Source: Promethearchaeota archaeon
Lineage (GTDB): Archaea > Asgardarchaeota > Thorarchaeia > Thorarchaeales > Thorarchaeaceae
DNA length: 53,232 bases
Assembly: GCA_048939765.1 (NCBI GenBank)
Contig: JBHLPF010000021.1
Location: 1-53,232 of the forward strand
Direction of reading: 5' to 3'
The notes beneath the pieces were generated by a model. The model saw only the letters and a program-made list of their open reading frames with translations. It made no database searches and had not been told where the DNA came from. Position numbers and translations under genes: made by a program. The stretch's first letter is position 1, and each line of letters starts with the position of its first letter. Positions 8,030-17,968 of the stretch are shown here, piece after piece.

Positions 8030-10747
8030 TTAGAGCTCTCCGCGGCTCTTCTTAATGGCGGCTTGCGCCGCAGCAAGTCTTGCTAGCGGCAATCTGTAGG
8101 GTGAACAAGACACGTAGTTCAATCCAATCTTATAGAAGAACTCGACCGAGCGTGGGTCTCCACCATGTTCACCACAGACGCCAATCTTCATTCCCGGCCT
8201 TGTCTTTCTTCCTCTGTCAATGGCAATCTCCATCAGCTGACCAATACCTCGCTTGTCGATGCTCTGAAATGGGTCATTTCGCAGAATATGATCTTGGAGA
8301 TATGTGGGCAGAAACGTGCCTATATCGTCGCGACTGAAACCAAAGCCCATCTGAGACAGGTCGTTTGTACCAAATGAGAAGAACTCAGCGCTCTCGGCCA
8401 TATCACCAGCTCTCATGCATGCACGAGGAATCTCAATCATAGTGCCATAGAGGAAGTCTATCTCGAGACCTGTCTCGTCTTTGAACTTCTCATAGAGGCT
8501 ATCGACTCGCATCTTCATGAACTTGAGCTCTGCTGCACCAATAGTTACCGGTATCATGATCTCCAGTTTGACAGTCTTGCCTTCATTTGTTAGTTCGGCC
8601 GCTGCGTCGAATATTGCTCTGACTTGCATTTCGTATACTTCTGGGTATGTAATCCCCAACCTCACTCCTCGGTGTCCCATCATCGGATTCGATTCATGTA
8701 GTGATTCGCCTCGTGATCTCACCTCATCTAATCCAATACCCAAAGCATGAGCTAGCCTCTCCTGCCCAATTCGGCTCTGTGGCACAAACTCGTGAAGCGG
8801 TGGGTCAAGTAGACGGATTGTCACTGGGAGCCCGTCCATGACTTCGAGAGTTGCTTTGATGTCTCGCTTGACATATGGTGCGAGTTCTGCAAGGGCCGCT
8901 TTTCTCTCAGCATTGGTCTTACTGATGATCATCTTTCGGAGCAGAAAGAGCGGTTCGTCTGAACCTTCTCCATAGAACATATGCTCGCTTCTCAAGAGGC
9001 CAATTCCTTCGGCTCCAAAATCCAGTGCTATCTTTGCGTCCTCTGGCGTGTCTGCGTTGGCTCTAACCCCCATCTGCCTGAACTCATCGACCATCTCCAT
9101 GAACTCTTGTAGACGCGGATTCTTGCTTGAGTCCATCATGGGAAGTTCGCCTTCGTAGATTAGTCCCCGTGTGCCATTCAATGTCATGACATCTCCTTGT
9201 CGGTAGATTTTGCCATTCACAGACATGCTCTTGTCAAAGGGGTCAATCTCAAGAGTGGAAGCTCCCACTATGCAAGTCTTCCCCCAACCCCGGGTGACTA
9301 GCGCAGCGTGGCTAGTCATTCCTCCTCGGGCAGTAAGGACTCCAATCGCTGCACGCATGCCTTCAATATCTTCAGGGCTTGTTTCTTCTCTGACAAGGAT
9401 GACGCTTTTCCCTTGATTGGCCCATTCTACAGCGTCTTCTTGGGTAAAGACAATTTGGCCAACTGCGCCTCCTGGGCCAGCGGGAAGTCCTTGTGCAATT
9501 GGGATCTTCTTCTTCTCCTCCTCTGGATCAAGAATTGGATAGAGAAGCTGGCCGAGCTGTTCGGGACCAATCCGCATCACAGCAGTTGGCTTGTTAATCA
9601 TTCCATCTTCGAGCATGTCCATCGCAATATTCAATGCCGCAGTTGCAGTTCTTTTCCCAACTCTATGCTGTACTAGGAACAAGCGACCCTGCTCAATCGT
9701 GAATTCGAGGTCTAGCATGTCTCTTGAATCATCTTCAAGGGTCTTTCTGATGCCAACAAGTTCTTCATATAACTCAGGCATTTCTGCCTGCAGCGTCGGC
9801 AGGTCCTTGTTCTGGTCATTCTTGCTTTCATCGTTCATTGGATTTGGAGTTCGAATTCCCGCTACAACATCCTCTCCCTGTGCGTTGAAAAGACACTCTC
9901 CATAGAACTTGTCTTCACCTGTAGCAGGGTCTCTAGTGAATGCTACACCAGTTGCTGAATCATCCCCAAGGTTCCCAAACACCATGCTCTGTACGGTACA
10001 TGCCGTACCCCACTCATCAGGAATCCCTTCGATTCGCCTGTACGCAACGGCACGGTTTCCCCACCAGCTCTTGAATACGCCTCCAATCGCCCCCCAGAGC
10101 TGCTGGTAGGGATCATCAGGAAACTCCCTTCCGAGGGCATGGTTCACTCTCTCCTTGAAATCATCAATCAGATCCTTTAGATCTTCAACAGTAAGATCGG
10201 TGTCATCGATTCGGCCCGCCTCTCGTTTCTTTTTATTCATAATCCACTCAAGCTGTTGTCTTATTCCTCGTCCTTCCTCAGGCTCAAGTCCTTCAGCTTT
10301 CTCCATTACCACATCAGCATACATCATAATTAAGCGACGATATGAGTCATATGCAAACCTCTCATCGCCAGAGGCTTTGATCAGACCTGGAAGTGTTGAT
10401 GTGGTAAGACCCACATTCAGGACTGTATCCATCATCCCCGGCATCGATTGCCTCGCGCCCGAGCGGCATGAGACCAATAGGGGATTCTCTGGGTCACCGA
10501 ACTTCTTGCCGAGTATCTCTTCGACCCAAGCAAGGGCTTCTCTTGATTCTTCTCTCACTGAATCAGATAAGCCACCGGTCGAAAAGTACTCATTACAGAC
10601 ATCAGTAGAAATTGTGAACCCAGGTGGTACTGGCAAACCCAGCAATGTGGCTCCAGCCAGGGACGCACCCTTGCCTCCGAGCAAATTCTTCATGTCACCT
10701 TTGCCATCAGCCTTTCCAGCACCGAATTTGTAAACTCGATTACCCAC
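8030..10747 (-). CDS. ppdK: Pyruvate, phosphate dikinase
   Basis: GGKG..LPVPPGF, SMPGMMDTVLN, AQGEDVVAGIRTP, phospho-His motif GGMTSHAA, NPMMGHRGVR, GTNDL and GVCGEHGG. Length 905 aa. Confidence 0.97.
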   Translation of the reverse strand: MGNRVYKFGAGKADGKGDMKNLLGGKGASLAGATLLGLPVPPGFTISTDVCNEYFSTGGLSDSVREESREALAWVEEILGKKFGDPENPLLVSCRSGARQSMPGMMDTVLNVGLTTSTLPGLIKASGDERFAYDSYRRLIMMYADVVMEKAEGLEPEEGRGIRQQLEWIMNKKKREAGRIDDTDLTVEDLKDLIDDFKERVNHALGREFPDDPYQQLWGAIGGVFKSWWGNRAVAYRRIEGIPDEWGTACTVQSMVFGNLGDDSATGVAFTRDPATGEDKFYGECLFNAQGEDVVAGIRTPNPMNDESKNDQNKDLPTLQAEMPELYEELVGIRKTLEDDSRDMLDLEFTIEQGRLFLVQHRVGKRTATAALNIAMDMLEDGMINKPTAVMRIGPEQLGQLLYPILDPEEEKKKIPIAQGLPAGPGGAVGQIVFTQEDAVEWANQGKSVILVREETSPEDIEGMRAAIGVLTARGGMTSHAALVTRGWGKTCIVGASTLEIDPFDKSMSVNGKIYRQGDVMTLNGTRGLIYEGELPMMDSSKNPRLQEFMEMVDEFRQMGVRANADTPEDAKIALDFGAEGIGLLRSEHMFYGEGSDEPLFLLRKMIISKTNAERKAALAELAPYVKRDIKATLEVMDGLPVTIRLLDPPLHEFVPQSRIGQERLAHALGIGLDEVRSRGESLHESNPMMGHRGVRLGITYPEVYEMQVRAIFDAAAELTNEGKTVKLEIMIPVTIGAAELKFMKMRVDSLYEKFKDETGLEIDFLYGTMIEIPRACMRAGDMAESAEFFSFGTNDLSQMGFGFSRDDIGTFLPTYLQDHILRNDPFQSIDKRGIGQLMEIAIDRGRKTRPGMKIGVCGEHGGDPRSVEFFYKIGLNYVSCSPYRLPLARLAAAQAAIKKSRGEL

Positions 10748-10989
10748 TGTTTATACCTTCTCTCACTTCAATGTCAATACTCAATCATTAGCGCCCCAGA
10801 TGTTGCTCATTGTAAGAGGGGCATCATTATGAAACTCAGATGATTCCCATTCATCCTGTTTGAGTTATCGATAGTCTGGTGCGTCAGCTGTTTTTAATGT
10901 GTCCCTCTGGCAAACGAAATTCGTTCAGTTCCGAAAGGCTTTTGCATAAATGCGGGTCGCAATGTGACCGTTAAGATGAGGCCAATGCT

Positions 10990-12456
10990 ATGATCGATCT
11001 CACTAAGAATGAAGAGCAACTGATACGTACGGTCGAACGCTGCAGGGAGAGGAATATCGTCATTCCCACCTTTGAGCAGATGAAAGACCCGTCTAGAACC
11101 CCTGAGCAAATTAAAAAGGAGTTAGAGGAGATTGAACTCTGGGATGTGGTTCCTCAGAATCTGTTTAGAATAACATGGAAGAACGAGCCTAAGGAGAAGG
11201 GGGGTCTCTTCCAGCCGATCGCAAATTACATGGAGCTCCCTCCTGAACTGACTGGTGTCGAGGCAAGAATAATCGCCCTTGTTGGTAAATGGTTTCCAAC
11301 GGGTGCCCACAAGGTAGGAGCTACGTTTGGATGTTTGGTCCCCCCTCTAGTGACTGGTCAGTTCGATCCAACCAGACATAAAGCTGTTTGGCCATCAACT
11401 GGAAACTATTGCCGAGGCGGAGCCTATGATGCATCATTGCTGGCCTGTGAGAGCATCGCTATCCTTCCTGAAGAGATGTCCCAAGAGCGTTTCGACTGGC
11501 TGGCAACAGTAGCTGGTGAGATTATCAAGACTCCGGGATCAGAGAGCAATGTGAAGGAGATCTATGACAAGGTCTGGGAGCTTCGCAGAACCCGGGATGA
11601 TGTCTTCATCTTCAATCAATTCTCCGAGTTTGGCAATTATCTCTTCCACTATGATGTCACTGGTAATGCATTGACAGAAGTTCTCGACAAGGAACTGGGC
11701 AATGATGAGTACAGTGGAGTCTGTCTGACTACTGGTTCTGCAGGGACAATTGCATGTGGTGACTTCATGAAGCAGAAATATCCTCTCTCAAGGATTGCAG
11801 CTGGAGAGGCTGTACAATGTCCCACACTTTGGCTCAATGGCTATGGAGCCCACAGGATTGAAGGAATAGGGGATAAGCATGTGCCATGGATTCATAATGT
11901 CCGTAACACGGATATGATCATCGCCATTGATGATAATGACCCGATGAATCTAATACGCCTTTTCTGTGAACCTGCTGGTCGCAAGTATCTCATCAATGAT
12001 ATTGGAGTTTCCGCGGAACTGGTTAACAATCTTGACCTCCTAGGAATCTCAAGCGTAGCAAATGTATTGATGTCTATAAAATACGCGAGATTCTATGAGC
12101 TCACACGAAATGATGTGGTTCTGACAATATTCACGGATTCAATGGACATGTACCAATCACGTCTGGAAGAAGCTCGTGCAGTCCACGGCAAATATACACG
12201 GGACGATGCAATAAAGGACTATCACCGACATCTCATGGCGCAAAAGACTGACGCAATGATCGAGCTTGGGCATTACGACAAGAAGCGTATTCATCATCTC
12301 AAGTATTTCACTTGGATCGAGCAACAGCAGTTTGAGCTAGACGAGCTAAATGCCCAATGGTACAACTATCCCGAGTACTGGGAGCATGTTCAACAGATGA
12401 CTCCAAGAATAGATGAACTCATCGTAGAATTCAATGAAAAGGTGGGGCTAATTTAG
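10990..12456 (+). CDS. Fold-type II PLP-dependent enzyme (tryptophan synthase beta/cysteine synthase superfamily), substrate unknown
   Basis: PLP lysine in TGAHKVG, PSTGNY, phosphate loop TTGSAGT, and HRIEGIG. Confidence 0.85.
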   Translation: MIDLTKNEEQLIRTVERCRERNIVIPTFEQMKDPSRTPEQIKKELEEIELWDVVPQNLFRITWKNEPKEKGGLFQPIANYMELPPELTGVEARIIALVGKWFPTGAHKVGATFGCLVPPLVTGQFDPTRHKAVWPSTGNYCRGGAYDASLLACESIAILPEEMSQERFDWLATVAGEIIKTPGSESNVKEIYDKVWELRRTRDDVFIFNQFSEFGNYLFHYDVTGNALTEVLDKELGNDEYSGVCLTTGSAGTIACGDFMKQKYPLSRIAAGEAVQCPTLWLNGYGAHRIEGIGDKHVPWIHNVRNTDMIIAIDDNDPMNLIRLFCEPAGRKYLINDIGVSAELVNNLDLLGISSVANVLMSIKYARFYELTRNDVVLTIFTDSMDMYQSRLEEARAVHGKYTRDDAIKDYHRHLMAQKTDAMIELGHYDKKRIHHLKYFTWIEQQQFELDELNAQWYNYPEYWEHVQQMTPRIDELIVEFNEKVGLI

Positions 12457-12467
12457 CTTCAGGTACA

Positions 12468-12986
12468 TCAGATGATATAGAGGTAGGTTAAGGCCTCCTC
12501 GTTTGTCTTGGCGGGAGTCCATCCTTTGAATCTAAACCGATATGAGACTACTCGAGTGCCCGGTTTGAGCTCTCTCGAGAATTTCTCTTCCAGCTTCTTA
12601 TTTACTCCAACTCCCTGGTAGACAGTGACCACAGTAGCATCTTCAATATTCGATTTGAAGAAATTCTCTCTGAGAACTTTGGACATCGGTGTAAGACCTT
12701 GCCGCCTAATAGCCAAACGGGACCACAGCACTCTCAACGGATCCATCTCAATTCCTACTGATTTGGCACCAAACTCCCTTGCAGCCATCGTGACGATGCG
12801 TCCATCTCCGGAGCCAATGTCATAGACTATGTCCTGGGGACCAACTTCTGCTAGCTCGAGCATTGTCCGTGCCTTCTTCCTTGGTGTTGGAACCCATGGG
12901 GCCCCGATAGTTGAGGACCACGCGATCCAAACCATGAAGCTCGCAAAGATGAACTCCAGAATGATTAGTAGCACCCAAATCTCCAT
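12468..12986 (-). CDS. Class I SAM-dependent methyltransferase with an N-terminal TM helix (FAM173/aKMT-like)
   Basis: GAPWVPTP, motif I YDIGSGDGRIV, GIEMD and LKPGTRVVS. Confidence 0.85.
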   Translation of the reverse strand: MEIWVLLIILEFIFASFMVWIAWSSTIGAPWVPTPRKKARTMLELAEVGPQDIVYDIGSGDGRIVTMAAREFGAKSVGIEMDPLRVLWSRLAIRRQGLTPMSKVLRENFFKSNIEDATVVTVYQGVGVNKKLEEKFSRELKPGTRVVSYRFRFKGWTPAKTNEEALTYLYII

Positions 12987-13207
12987 CAGTCACTCATGAA
13001 GGCTTGAATTGAGTGGAGATAAAAATGAACCGGGCGCTAGAACCACTGGCCACTGATAACTGGTAAAACCAACCGCGAACGGTCCACTGCTTCAAACACC
13101 ATTTGCTGAAATACCTAAGAAGGGAAGTATGTAGGCCGAAAGATACGCCGTCTCTAGCCAGGGTGCCACTAATTGAGGAGCTCCAAAGGTAATCCTGTCA
13201 GAGTACA

Positions 13208-16200
13208 GTGTATGTTAGTCGATTCGGAGGCGAAAGGGTGCCTCAATGCAGTAGAGTAGCTATTCCCGTAGTGGTATTCACGCTAGTCTGTATACTATTC
13301 TTGAGTCCACCCTACCATCTGTCATTGTCATACGGCAATTATGAATCGAATCTCAGTTCGAATTATGGACTGGAAGAAACGAATCTTCCCGCTGACATGG
13401 CTTCACAATCAGGAGTTCTAAATCCCGTTTCCATTCATCATACAGGAACCACTCATGGCTACACGCAGGCACAGTCACTCAGAACAGATGTTGACGCAAA
13501 TCCTCATTCAGAAATCCTGCTCCCTGCAGGCGCTCCCGAGAACTATTACTCGGCAGATTGCTATGACGGAGGTTTCTTTTTGGTTGGTTCAGGAGGATAT
13601 GCAGATTTCGGGTCCAGCGCTGGGACGCTCTCATGGTGGAGCAAATGGGATAGGTCAGCTCCGCATGGACGATTCTGGGGTCAAGACAACAACTTTGAAT
13701 CACGCTGGTCAGGTGGAAGCCTAGTGCTTGATTGGGGAAGTGATAATACATTCTTTGGCGTCAAATCGGACTGGCTGGAAAATCACTGGTATTTCTTTGC
13801 AATAGCATGGGATGAATCGGCGGATTTCATTGGATTCTACTGGGGTGACGAGTCAACGATTCCCCAGGAGGATGCATCAACCTATGCTTGGACGGGATCA
13901 ATAGCTGGCCTGCATACTCGAAACGCCGTAATGAACTCAGAGATGAAAACTGATAGTGTAGATGGGCATATCGATGACTTCAGATATTTCACAATTGCTC
14001 GGTCTATTGATGACATTAGAGGCGACTATATGCAAAGGCTGTCGGGAGAAGAGCCCGGCCTTTCGAATTATTACACATTTGAGAACGACTTGTCTGACTC
14101 CGCAGGAGCAATCGATCTAGAGGCCTCCGGCAGCTATTCGTTTAGTCATGACACCTTTTCTGTACCGGATGGATGGAGAGCTGAACAACTGTCGATTAAT
14201 GTAATGAATCTAAGAAGACTGTATGTTTTGAATGGGAGCCTAGATTCTGGACTGCCTGGAGTGAATGAGGATTGGCCTCAGGGAACAGATGGAACATACT
14301 ATGCATCGGGATGGCTAGCTCGCCGCGAGGCAGTTTACTTTCCTGGAAGACAGCGGGCTACGTATGATGCTTCAGGGCATATAGCACTTGAGAATGAGGG
14401 CTACTATGTCTCAGCTTCTACAGCCTACAGGCATTATGATGAAACCCGAATTTTCTGGTATCAGAATGTGAATAACAGCATGCTGAATGAGCAATTTGAG
14501 TTCGAGTTCAATTATCTCTACCAGAGTGGTCCAATTGGAGATCATTTCGAAGGCATATTTGAGCTTCGCTTTGAGATTAGGAATGGACCACTTGTTCTGT
14601 GGAATTGGTCACAAGATCTCGTGAATATATCCCAGAGGCAGACTTGGTATAGTACTGGGATAATTCCGGTGAACCTGACTGGTGCGCCGTCCTCATTTGA
14701 AGCACGCCTAGTCATGGAAGTCACAACTGCGGGTCCATATGTGGAGATTCAGGAAACTGACAGCGACTTGGATGGTGATTCCACAAATGGCATGTTTGTA
14801 ACAGTGCTAGCTGATGATATCTCCTTTATTGGAGCAACGCGGCCCTCATGCGAAAGCGTGGACTTGTCCGTAAGTACTCCTCAAACTGGAGGTGTAAGTA
14901 TAACCGGAGCTTTGGGCACGGGCTCTGCATTGCTTGATTACCAGTCGTGGAATGAATCTGCTATTCCTATTGCTTTCTCTTCCAATTCCTCTGTGTCTTT
15001 TGATATATCTGCCAAAGTCAGTGAAATGAAGAGGTATCTGCTCTCATTAGCATCTCCTAGCTTAGGTTCTGAGGGTGTATCATACTCGGTTGAGCATGAT
15101 GCAAGTCCGAATATCACGATGTTCACTTTTGTAGGATCATATCCTGAAGCTGAGGATCTTGGACTTTTTGTCTATCATCCTGATTCATGGGAGAATATTA
15201 CGATTATAGATCCATTTGGCGATGATGATTCTGATACAATAAATGTAGGAGCTGGATACTTCGAAGTGCCAGCAGGAGCTATTGATTCTGTTGGCTGGTG
15301 GATAATCCAGATGCAAGCGCCAAACTACGCGAGAGAGATTAGAACTCAGAAATTCATTTCTCCCGGATCTGGATGGGCGGATGATACAGTCTTTCGAACT
15401 GGTGACAGAATCCGATGTCAAGTAGTAATTGGCACGGCTTCAGATAATCCACCTTTTGTCATGAATCTCGAATCTGAGCTATTACTTCCAACCAACGAGT
15501 TTTGGGCAAACGCATTCATGAATAATGCAACTGGATATGTCCTTACTGGCGAAAGCTTCACGTTCGGTTCATATAACGCTTCAATTGGCGAATGGATGGC
15601 AACTGCCTTCTGGGAAAATGATAGTGCAATTGCATTTGGGCACGTTCATTTCGAGGTCTATCATGGATTGACCATGTTTGCTCACACTCCAAATATCGAA
15701 CGCAACCTAGGTGAGAGCTTTACTGCTGCAGTCTACATTCACGACCAGCAGACTGGAGAGCCGATATTGAATGGAGAATCTGTGGTTGTTGGAAATTGGT
15801 CTGCGGGTCCAGCATTCTTTAGTCCCAACCTTGCAAAAGGATGGTGGGAGGCGGATTTCAATACATCAGAAATCGGAGTCGGACTTTGGGTCATAGCGAT
15901 TAATGCGACAATCCCCTACTACGAGGATGTAAACTGTACAATCGATATTCAGGTCATGACATTGACAGTCATGACGACTCTTGGTAGCTACTATGTTGAG
16001 ATAAGTCCAAGCAGCACATATGAGGCCAAGTTTAGATACATGTTTCTCGATGGCACAGGAATTGAGGACGCAGATGTCTTTGTTGCCACCTGGAGTGGAC
16101 CAGCATCAGGAATAGAATACAATGATACAGTTGAGGTGCCAGGTGAACCCGGCAATTATACGATTGAATTCACTGGTAACCTCGGTGGAACATATTTCAT

Positions 16201-17968
16201 AACTGTGACGGGTCTCAAAGAAGATCATGCTACTGCAGCAACATCATTCTATCTCATTGTTGGAGCTATATCGACAGATCTAGATGTTTCTGGTGACGAA
16301 CTTCCTAATGAGCTGTACTACAATCAGACTTACAGTTGCATGCTCTTCTATTCAGACTGGGAGTCAAATGGAATTGAGGGAGCTTCTATCAATATCACAT
16401 ACAATCCAGTTGCTTCCATAGAATGGATCGATAACGGTGGTGGATTCTACCAATTCTCTATAAGAGTGCCATCACTCGGCTCTTTTGCAATCTACGCAAG
16501 AATCCAGCAATTCGGCTATGCTTTTGCCGACATATCATTCATCTTTGATGTCGTTGAAGTCCCCACTTCCATCTTGAGTTATGGCATTGTATCATCCTAC
16601 TACGATACTAGAACCCATGAATTTGCTTTCTATTATAACTCAACTCGAGAAAATGGAGTCTCGGGAGCTATTCTCACTCCTTCAGTTTCGATTCGTTCTT
16701 TTTACAAGTTGACAGCAGCTAGAAATGGATGGTACAACTTCACTTTGACTCCGGCATTTGGCAATTACAGCGCAACTTTTTGGCTGACAAAGCTTGGTTA
16801 CCAGGAGCAGGAATTTAGCTTCGACTTAATAGTTGTAAAGATTCCAATTGTCCTCTCTTCACTTTACCCATTGGAATCAACCTACTCCAGAGAGGCGAGT
16901 TCAAACCTTACGATTCGGATTAGGCCAATTGCAGCGGATACGGGTGAAGCACTCATAGGTGCAACGGTGGACTATGTAATTGAGAACGTAGATGGAAATG
17001 GATATTACTCTGGGGACTCTGGTCTGTTTGAGGAGGCATCCGGTGTCTACACCGTGAACATTATAGTGCCCGATCCTGGATTGTATGTACTTCGCATTAC
17101 GATTCTCAAGGACAGTTACGAAACCGTTCGAAATGAAATCGTACTTAGCTCTTATGCAAATCCTCAAACGATTCTGGTTTATTACCTTGGAGCTGGCTTC
17201 TTGGGCGCGCTGGCATTGCTGGGAGTGATTTCTGTAACGATGCTGGGTCGTAGATACTATCATTCAATTAGCACTCGGAAGAACCTAGAACTCCTAGCAC
17301 TCAAGGGACGCCTTGAGGATGCTAGGAACCTGATTGGGCTTCTAATCATCCACCGCAAGGTGGGCTTGCCAGTCTATTCTCGGATACTCAAGGGTGGATT
17401 CGAGGAGTCAATGCTTAGTTCATTCATAGCCGCGATTTCGCAATTCAGAGCTGAGTTCTCTTGGGATGAGCCAATCTGGGCGGCAATACCCATCACAGAG
17501 GTAATCACTGCTGTTCAGACTGAGGTGCTAATTTGTGCAATCATAACACTTGAGGGGTCCTCGGTCAAACAGAAAGAGCAATTGGAGGCATTTGGGCGCG
17601 AGGTAGGAGGTTTCTATGATCACGAGGACGATACTTTGAGGGCGATGTTCCATACTCCGGAGCTTTCTGAATCCTTTGCTAGAACATTTGACCCCATCTT
17701 CGAGGGCTACTTCGATGGGGCTCTCATGCTTCGCTATGTGGGGGTGAAGAAGAGTCTTCCCGCTCATCTAAAACCAGTTTCTGAGGCAATGGCCTCCCTA
17801 AGCATTGATTATGGTGTGACACCTGAAGCAATAGTCAAAGCACTAATCATGCTCGGGTACGGCGAACATGATGCCTATTGTCTGACGCTAGAAGCAATTG
17901 ATAGTGGGTACTTGATTGCAGGAGAAAGGAAACTACCTACACCGGCTCCTGGTGAACTCTTCGAATGA
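13208..17968 (+). CDS. Large single-pass surface protein: signal peptide, LamG-like domain, Ig-like repeats, TM helix, cytoplasmic longin-like and winged-helix-like region
   Basis: LamG motifs NHWYFFAIAWD and DGHIDDFRYFTIARS. Repeats with GEPGNYTIEF and NGGGFYQFSI. TM helix at about 17171-17245, then GLLIIHRKVGLPVY...MLSSFIAAISQF. Likely start is GTG 13238 after GGAGG. Confidence 0.75.
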   Translation: MYVSRFGGERVPQCSRVAIPVVVFTLVCILFLSPPYHLSLSYGNYESNLSSNYGLEETNLPADMASQSGVLNPVSIHHTGTTHGYTQAQSLRTDVDANPHSEILLPAGAPENYYSADCYDGGFFLVGSGGYADFGSSAGTLSWWSKWDRSAPHGRFWGQDNNFESRWSGGSLVLDWGSDNTFFGVKSDWLENHWYFFAIAWDESADFIGFYWGDESTIPQEDASTYAWTGSIAGLHTRNAVMNSEMKTDSVDGHIDDFRYFTIARSIDDIRGDYMQRLSGEEPGLSNYYTFENDLSDSAGAIDLEASGSYSFSHDTFSVPDGWRAEQLSINVMNLRRLYVLNGSLDSGLPGVNEDWPQGTDGTYYASGWLARREAVYFPGRQRATYDASGHIALENEGYYVSASTAYRHYDETRIFWYQNVNNSMLNEQFEFEFNYLYQSGPIGDHFEGIFELRFEIRNGPLVLWNWSQDLVNISQRQTWYSTGIIPVNLTGAPSSFEARLVMEVTTAGPYVEIQETDSDLDGDSTNGMFVTVLADDISFIGATRPSCESVDLSVSTPQTGGVSITGALGTGSALLDYQSWNESAIPIAFSSNSSVSFDISAKVSEMKRYLLSLASPSLGSEGVSYSVEHDASPNITMFTFVGSYPEAEDLGLFVYHPDSWENITIIDPFGDDDSDTINVGAGYFEVPAGAIDSVGWWIIQMQAPNYAREIRTQKFISPGSGWADDTVFRTGDRIRCQVVIGTASDNPPFVMNLESELLLPTNEFWANAFMNNATGYVLTGESFTFGSYNASIGEWMATAFWENDSAIAFGHVHFEVYHGLTMFAHTPNIERNLGESFTAAVYIHDQQTGEPILNGESVVVGNWSAGPAFFSPNLAKGWWEADFNTSEIGVGLWVIAINATIPYYEDVNCTIDIQVMTLTVMTTLGSYYVEISPSSTYEAKFRYMFLDGTGIEDADVFVATWSGPASGIEYNDTVEVPGEPGNYTIEFTGNLGGTYFITVTGLKEDHATAATSFYLIVGAISTDLDVSGDELPNELYYNQTYSCMLFYSDWESNGIEGASINITYNPVASIEWIDNGGGFYQFSIRVPSLGSFAIYARIQQFGYAFADISFIFDVVEVPTSILSYGIVSSYYDTRTHEFAFYYNSTRENGVSGAILTPSVSIRSFYKLTAARNGWYNFTLTPAFGNYSATFWLTKLGYQEQEFSFDLIVVKIPIVLSSLYPLESTYSREASSNLTIRIRPIAADTGEALIGATVDYVIENVDGNGYYSGDSGLFEEASGVYTVNIIVPDPGLYVLRITILKDSYETVRNEIVLSSYANPQTILVYYLGAGFLGALALLGVISVTMLGRRYYHSISTRKNLELLALKGRLEDARNLIGLLIIHRKVGLPVYSRILKGGFEESMLSSFIAAISQFRAEFSWDEPIWAAIPITEVITAVQTEVLICAIITLEGSSVKQKEQLEAFGREVGGFYDHEDDTLRAMFHTPELSESFARTFDPIFEGYFDGALMLRYVGVKKSLPAHLKPVSEAMASLSIDYGVTPEAIVKALIMLGYGEHDAYCLTLEAIDSGYLIAGERKLPTPAPGELFE

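Noticed and set aside
10155-10733. 192-aa ORF antisense to ppdK and the many other short nested ORFs in the track
   Set aside because: Fully overlapped by well-supported genes, with no recognisable motifs.
8030-10747. PPDK deviates from consensus at some motifs (GASLAGA, LVQHR, LLRSEHM)
   Set aside because: The catalytic His, Cys and nucleotide-binding motifs are intact and the length is normal, so there is no basis for a pseudogene or new function.
13040-13092. Three CCACTG copies in the spacer upstream of the receptor gene
   Set aside because: Too short and irregularly spaced to distinguish from chance, and not CRISPR-like.
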